Shown here one piece after another: positions 60,140 to 64,000 of a stretch of DNA of 64,000 nucleotides. Position numbers and translations under genes: made by a program. A model generated the notes under the pieces. The model was not told the DNA's origin, made no database searches, and saw nothing but the letters and a program-made list of their open reading frames with translations. The DNA lies in assembly GCA_963629425.1 (NCBI GenBank), contig CAVGIU010000002.1, positions 112 through 64,111 of the forward strand. The letters run 5' to 3'. This stretch comes from Oscillospiraceae bacterium. GTDB taxonomy: Bacteria > Bacillota > Clostridia > Oscillospirales > Oscillospiraceae. Every line of letters starts with the position of its first letter. The stretch's first letter is position 1.

Positions 60140-60619
60140 CTAAAGAATAATATCGCATATCTCGCAGCTGATGTCGCCATCGGGGCTGATCTCGAGCTTT
60201 GCCCAGGTTCTGTTCGGAGCCTTGCCTGCGGTGCCGGGATTTAGGACGAAAATGCCGCCTATCTGTTCGAAAAGAGCCCTGTGCGTATGCCCGAACATGG
60301 CTATCTGCGCGCCGCAGCACTCGGCCGCGTACAGCAGAACGTCGAGCTTGCCGCCGCGTACGGCGTAGCGGTGACCGTGCGTGAGAAACGCCTTGTAAGG
60401 CCCGAGAGTTATGAGCTTATAGGCCTCCTCATCGTCATAGTATCCGTCGCAGTTGCCGGGAACGCGGCACACGGGGATAGCGGGGAATTTCCTGCGCAGA
60501 GCCTCCGCGTCGCGCATGCCGTCGCCAAGGTGTATGATCTGGTCGGGCTTATATTCCGAGACGGCGTTTTCCATGCCGCGACTCGAGCCGTGAGTGTCCG
60601 AAAAAACGGCGATCTTCAT
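60140..60619 (-). CDS. YfcE/MJ0936-family metallophosphoesterase
   Basis: 159 aa from MKIAVFSDTHG, behind ggaggc. HLGDG, PGNCD and GHTH motifs. Confidence 0.88.
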   Translation of the reverse strand: MKIAVFSDTHGSSRGMENAVSEYKPDQIIHLGDGMRDAEALRRKFPAIPVCRVPGNCDGYYDDEEAYKLITLGPYKAFLTHGHRYAVRGGKLDVLLYAAECCGAQIAMFGHTHRALFEQIGGIFVLNPGTAGKAPNRTWAKLEISPDGDISCEICDIIL

Positions 60620-60692
60620 ATTCTGCCTCCTGTGATAATAAAATTGTAAAGCTTTGACCGGCTCATGAATATAATGTGAGCGGGTGATAGTG

Positions 60693-60929
60693 ATGAAAGA
60701 TCTTGAGAAGCTCGGCAATGAGCTTGAAAAAAGCGGCAGGAGCGAGGCTCTCATGAAGCTGGCCGAGTCGCCCGACGGCAAAGCGGTCGGCCGCCTTGTC
60801 GATGCCGAGAGCGTGCAAAAAGCCGCAAAAAGCGGAGATATGGCGGCGCTTCAGGACATACTGCGCGGCGTTCTCTCTACCGATGAGGGAAAGCGCCTTG
60901 CAGAAAGTCTCCGCAAAGCCATGCAGTGA
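60693..60929 (+). CDS. Small helical protein of unknown function (78 aa)
   Basis: MKDLEKLGNELEKSGRSEALMKLAES.... First of three tightly spaced small ORFs. The start and RBS are weak. Confidence 0.45.
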   Translation: MKDLEKLGNELEKSGRSEALMKLAESPDGKAVGRLVDAESVQKAAKSGDMAALQDILRGVLSTDEGKRLAESLRKAMQ

Positions 60930-60939
60930 GGTGAATGCG

Positions 60940-61275
60940 GTGAGCGATTTTGAGGATAAGCTGAATAAGCTGCTGAATGACCCGAAGGAGATGGAGCGGT
61001 TTGCGGGCTTTGCAAAATCGCTCATGTCCGGCGCGGAGAGTCACGAGCCGGAGCAAAGCAACGCTTTGGATATCGATCCGTCGATACTGAAAAATTTAAG
61101 CGGCATGCTGTCCGGCAATGGCGGCGGCCGTGATGCGAAGCTTCTTGAGGCCATGCGGCCTTTTCTGTCCGAAAAGAGGCGCGGAAAAATGGACAAAGCT
61201 ATGAAGATAGCGCGTCTTGCAGGCATAGCGGAGCTTGCCGCCGGACAGCTCGGAGGCGACGATGGCAGCTTATAA
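60940..61275 (+). CDS. Small protein of unknown function (111 aa, GTG start)
   Basis: A gaggtg RBS lies 6 nt before GTG 60940, 10 nt after the previous stop. VSDFEDKLNKLLNDPKEMERF.... Confidence 0.45.
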   Translation: MSDFEDKLNKLLNDPKEMERFAGFAKSLMSGAESHEPEQSNALDIDPSILKNLSGMLSGNGGGRDAKLLEAMRPFLSEKRRGKMDKAMKIARLAGIAELAAGQLGGDDGSL

Positions 61276-61537
61276 TCTTTATCGCGGCAACGGCAGCCGC
61301 GCCGAGCGCATTGACGACCGCCGCGACAGGCCGCCGCAGCAGCCGCACCCGCAAAAGCCGCAGCACCGTCCGCCGACTCCGCCTCTCGGCAAGCTGCCGA
61401 TACTGGGTGACCTGCCGAAAAAGCTCAGCGAGCTGGAGACCGAGGACCTGCTGCTTATTTTGATACTGTACCTCATGTACCGCGAAAGCGGCGACAGGGA
61501 GCTCCTTATAGTAATGGGAGCAATGTATTTGCTGTAA
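61262..61537 (+). CDS. Small Pro/Gln-rich protein with a C-terminal hydrophobic helix (91 aa)
   Basis: MAAYNLYRGNG...PPQQPHPQKPQHRPPTPP...LLLILILYLMYRESGDRELLIVMGAMYLL. The start overlaps the end of the previous ORF. Confidence 0.45.
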   Translation: MAAYNLYRGNGSRAERIDDRRDRPPQQPHPQKPQHRPPTPPLGKLPILGDLPKKLSELETEDLLLILILYLMYRESGDRELLIVMGAMYLL

Positions 61538-61581
61538 GCTACACTGTCTGAGCGGAAACAGACCCGTCATATGATTAAAGC

Positions 61582-61616
61582 AAAACCGCCGGCTTATAAA
61601 GTAAGTCGGCGGTTTT
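61582..61616. terminator. Bidirectional terminator
   Basis: AAAACCGCCGGCTTAtaaagTAAGTCGGCGGTTTT between the convergent small-ORF cassette and abrB. Confidence 0.8.
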
Positions 61617-61635
61617 CGGTAGTCGCGCTTGCGGC

Positions 61636-61881
61636 TCAGAGCTTCTCCTTGAGAGTCTTGATGCATGCGGGGCAGACATTTTTGCCCTTGTAAGTGATGA
61701 TGTCTTTGACGCTCTCGCAGAAGATGCAGGAAGGATGATACTTGTGAAGAATGATGTTATCACCCTCAACAAAGATCTCAAGTGCATCCTTTTCGGCGAT
61801 GTCAAGAGTACGGCGCAGCTCGATGGGAAGAACTATGCGGCCGAGTTCATCGACTTTTCTTACTATACCGGTAGATTTCAT
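61636..61881 (-). CDS. abrB: AbrB-family transition-state regulator with a C-terminal CxxC-x14-CxxC segment
   Basis: 81 aa. The N-terminus MKSTGIVRKVDELGRIVLPIELRRTLDIAEKDALEIF is a near-canonical AbrB swapped-hairpin domain. The C-terminus is SCIFCESVKDIITYKGKNVCPAC. Confidence 0.9.
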   Translation of the reverse strand: MKSTGIVRKVDELGRIVLPIELRRTLDIAEKDALEIFVEGDNIILHKYHPSCIFCESVKDIITYKGKNVCPACIKTLKEKL

Positions 61882-61930
61882 GTAGTTCCCTCCGTTTCGG
61901 AAATACTATATCCCATAAAATACACAATTT

Positions 61931-61958
61931 ATTATACCAAAAACGGGCAATCTGTCAA
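61931..61958 (-). promoter_or_regulatory. Consensus sigma-A promoter of abrB (TTGACA-16-TATAAT)
   Basis: On the minus strand: TTGACA (61953-61958) and TATAAT (61931-61936), about 50 nt upstream of the abrB ATG. Confidence 0.55.
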
Positions 61959-62081
61959 CAAAAATTTTAGCAATCCACGAAGATTATACAATTTTACAAA
62001 ACACTCTGCTGATTTTGGTATATGTTTGCACCCACTCAAATACAATGTAGCAACAAGTGTTCAAAAACGTGAGGTTTAAAT

Positions 62082-62657
62082 ATGCTTATGGGGCTTATGT
62101 GGACGGCGATGATCGCTGTCTCGATCCTTTTCGGCTGCATTAACGGAACGGCTTTGCAGGTACAGCAGGCCGCGCTGGACGGCGCGGCGGCCGCAGTCGA
62201 GCTGTGTATCGGTATCGGCGGCGCCGTCTGTCTGTGGTGCGCGGTGATGGAGCTCATGCGCGCATCCGGCCTTGCCGATGCGCTGTCGCGGGCATTGAGG
62301 CCGGCGCTTGGGCGATTGTTTCCCGAAAGCTCGAAGCACGAGAGCATCATGCAGCCGCTGTCGGCGAACGTCAGCGCGAATCTTCTCGGCCTCGGCAATG
62401 CGGCAACGCCCATGGGCATATGCGCAGCCCGGAAGATGGCACATCTGGGTGAGCCGGGGGTCGCGTCAAATGAGCTGTGCAGGCTCGTCGTATTGAATAC
62501 CGCATCTGTTCAGCTGCTGCCTACGACCGTCGCCGCAATACGTGCCGCCGAGGGCGCCGCCGCTCCGTTTGACATTCTGCCTGCCGTGTGGATAAGCTCT
62601 GCAGGCTCCGTGTTCATAGGGCTCATGGCTGCGTTGGTGATGGAGAAGCGTCAGTGA
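62082..62657 (+). CDS. spmA: Spore maturation protein A (nucleoside-recognition/Gate domain)
   Basis: 191 aa, polytopic. ANLLGLGNAATPMG motif. Confidence 0.88.
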   Translation: MLMGLMWTAMIAVSILFGCINGTALQVQQAALDGAAAAVELCIGIGGAVCLWCAVMELMRASGLADALSRALRPALGRLFPESSKHESIMQPLSANVSANLLGLGNAATPMGICAARKMAHLGEPGVASNELCRLVVLNTASVQLLPTTVAAIRAAEGAAAPFDILPAVWISSAGSVFIGLMAALVMEKRQ

Positions 62658-63175
62658 GTATCCTTCTCGAGCTTGCCGTGCCGCTTATTCTTGCCGCCGT
62701 CGGTCTGCACGCCGTCATATCGGGTGCGGATGTTTTTCCTGCGCTCTGCAGGGGTGCGGCACAGGGGCTTGCGACGCTCAAAGACATGCTGCCGACGCTT
62801 ATCGTCCTGTTCCCGGCTGTGTACATGCTGCGCGCGTCGGGTGCATTGGACGCGCTGTCGGCGGTTTTAGAGCCCGTTATGGCGTATATCGGCGTTCCGT
62901 CGGAGACCGTACCGCTTGCGCTTTTACGGCCGGTGAGCGGCGGCGCGGCGACTGCCGTTGCGGCCGACATAATAAAAAGCAGCGGCGCGGATTCGCTCGC
63001 GGGGCGCACTGCGGCCGTAATGATCGGCTCGAGCGAAACGACGTTTTACGTTGTAGCGGTCTATTTCGGTGCGGCGAAGATAAAAAACACGCGCCACGCG
63101 ATACCGGCAGCGCTGCTGGCCGATCTTGCAGTGTTTCTGCTCTCGGCATGGGTCTGCCGTCTGTTTTGGGGATAA
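62654..63175 (+). CDS. spmB: Spore maturation protein B
   Basis: 173 aa from GTG 62654, overlapping the spmA stop. LLRPVSGGAATAV and GSSETTFYVVAVYFG. Confidence 0.85.
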   Translation: MSILLELAVPLILAAVGLHAVISGADVFPALCRGAAQGLATLKDMLPTLIVLFPAVYMLRASGALDALSAVLEPVMAYIGVPSETVPLALLRPVSGGAATAVAADIIKSSGADSLAGRTAAVMIGSSETTFYVVAVYFGAAKIKNTRHAIPAALLADLAVFLLSAWVCRLFWG

Positions 63176-63198
63176 TACGGGAAAGGCCGGGAAATAAT

Positions 63199-63222
63199 AG
63201 CATCACTTAGGAGAGTGATGCT
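63199..63222 (+). promoter_or_regulatory. Perfect 8-bp hairpin enclosing the sigG Shine-Dalgarno sequence, ending at the start codon
   Basis: AGCATCAC ttAGGAGa GTGATGCT, immediately followed by ATG at 63223. Confidence 0.6.
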
Positions 63223-63999
63223 ATGCAGGGTAAAGTCGAGCTGTGCGGCGTGAACACCTCAAAGCTGCCGCTTTTAAAAAACGCGGAGATGCGCGATCTC
63301 ATTGCGGCCGCGCAATCGGGCGACAGTGCCGCACGCGACAAACTCATAAACGGCAATCTGCGTCTCGTTCTGTCGGTCATACAGAAATTTTCCGGGCGCG
63401 GCGAAAGCATGGACGATCTGTTTCAGGTCGGCTGCATCGGACTCATAAAAGCCATAGACTGCTTTGATCTCAACCAAAATGTGCAATTTTCGACCTACGG
63501 TGTGCCGATGATATCCGGTGAGCTGCGTCGATTCCTGCGCGACCACGGCGCTGTGCGCGTATCGCGCTCGATACGCGATACCGCCTATCGGGTTCTGCAG
63601 ATAAAGGAGCGGCTCACTGCCGAATTGGGGCGCGAGCCGGACGTTGACACTATTGCAAGGAAACTCGGGATAAAGCGCTCGGAGGTCGTGTTCGCGCTCG
63701 ACTCGATATGCGAGCCGATGTCCCTGTATGAGCCTGTATACAGCGACAGCGGCGAGAGCGTCTGCGTCGTGGATCAGATCGGCGATACGAAAAACACCGA
63801 TGAGCACTGGCTCGAGCAGATCGCCCTCGACGAGGCTGTCTCACGCCTGTCCGAACGCGAAAAGCGCATCCTTTCACTGCGCTTTTACATGGGCAAGACC
63901 CAAACCGAGGTCGCACGCGAGATTGGAATAAGTCAGGCGCAGGTCTCGCGCCTGGAGAAAAACGCGATAGGGAGGATCAAAAAGGAGCTCAGCTCGTGA
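63223..63999 (+). CDS. sigG: Sporulation sigma factor SigG (forespore, late)
   Basis: 258 aa. VELCGVNTSKLPLLKNAEMRDLI, NGNLRLVLSVIQKF and DDLFQVGCIGLIKAIDCFD match SigG rather than SigF. Region 4.2 is TQTEVAREIGISQAQVSRLEK. Confidence 0.92.
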   Translation: MQGKVELCGVNTSKLPLLKNAEMRDLIAAAQSGDSAARDKLINGNLRLVLSVIQKFSGRGESMDDLFQVGCIGLIKAIDCFDLNQNVQFSTYGVPMISGELRRFLRDHGAVRVSRSIRDTAYRVLQIKERLTAELGREPDVDTIARKLGIKRSEVVFALDSICEPMSLYEPVYSDSGESVCVVDQIGDTKNTDEHWLEQIALDEAVSRLSEREKRILSLRFYMGKTQTEVAREIGISQAQVSRLEKNAIGRIKKELSS

Positions 64000-64000
64000 A

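Noticed and set aside
63171-63199. SigF/SigG-type promoter for sigG
   Set aside because: Only the -10-like GGAAATAATA fits the GGnnAnAHTR pattern. No acceptable GYATA-type -35 lies at the right spacing, so it is not reported as a feature.

Overview
This is a GC-rich, gene-dense chromosomal segment of about 70 genes. It is most likely from an endospore-forming member of the Clostridia. That placement rests on spoVAC, spoVAD-spoVAE, dpaA-dpaB, spmA-spmB, sigG and abrB; a finer placement such as Oscillospiraceae/Ruminococcaceae-like is only a guess. Most of the window is ordinary core genome: rplQ, greA, murI, argS, typA, malQ, a GH36 alpha-galactosidase, pgk-tpiA-gpmI-eno, a complete nine-gene V-type ATPase operon, galE and thyA-folA. 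I found no rRNA, tRNA, CRISPR array, transposase, integrase or phage genes. The high GC content produces many long antisense ORFs in the track, which I reject as artefacts.

The main things worth a second look:
1. A roughly 300-bp repeat family with conserved 25-bp inverted arms. The two full copies (19198-19502 and 39436-39736) keep the same arm polarity but carry the 226-bp core in opposite orientations, which is an inverton-like footprint. There is also a half-copy at 23671-23824.
2. A second repeat family, or structured RNA candidate, downstream of argS and dpaB.
3. A duplicated terminator flanking a hairpin-rich insert between rplQ and greA.
4. A tightly packed seven-gene envelope-modification operon: a transglutaminase-like surface protein, a DltA-like ligase, a carrier protein, an MBOAT protein, an SGNH-like protein with Cys where the nucleophile Ser is expected, a lipoprotein and a Sel1 protein.
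5. An ABC-F ATPase in which one composite ATP site is coherently degenerate.
6. A split spoVA locus with an untracked 47-codon ORF coupled to spoVAC.
7. A hairpin that sequesters the sigG ribosome-binding site.

All product calls come from motif and family recognition by eye. No database search or folding computation was run.
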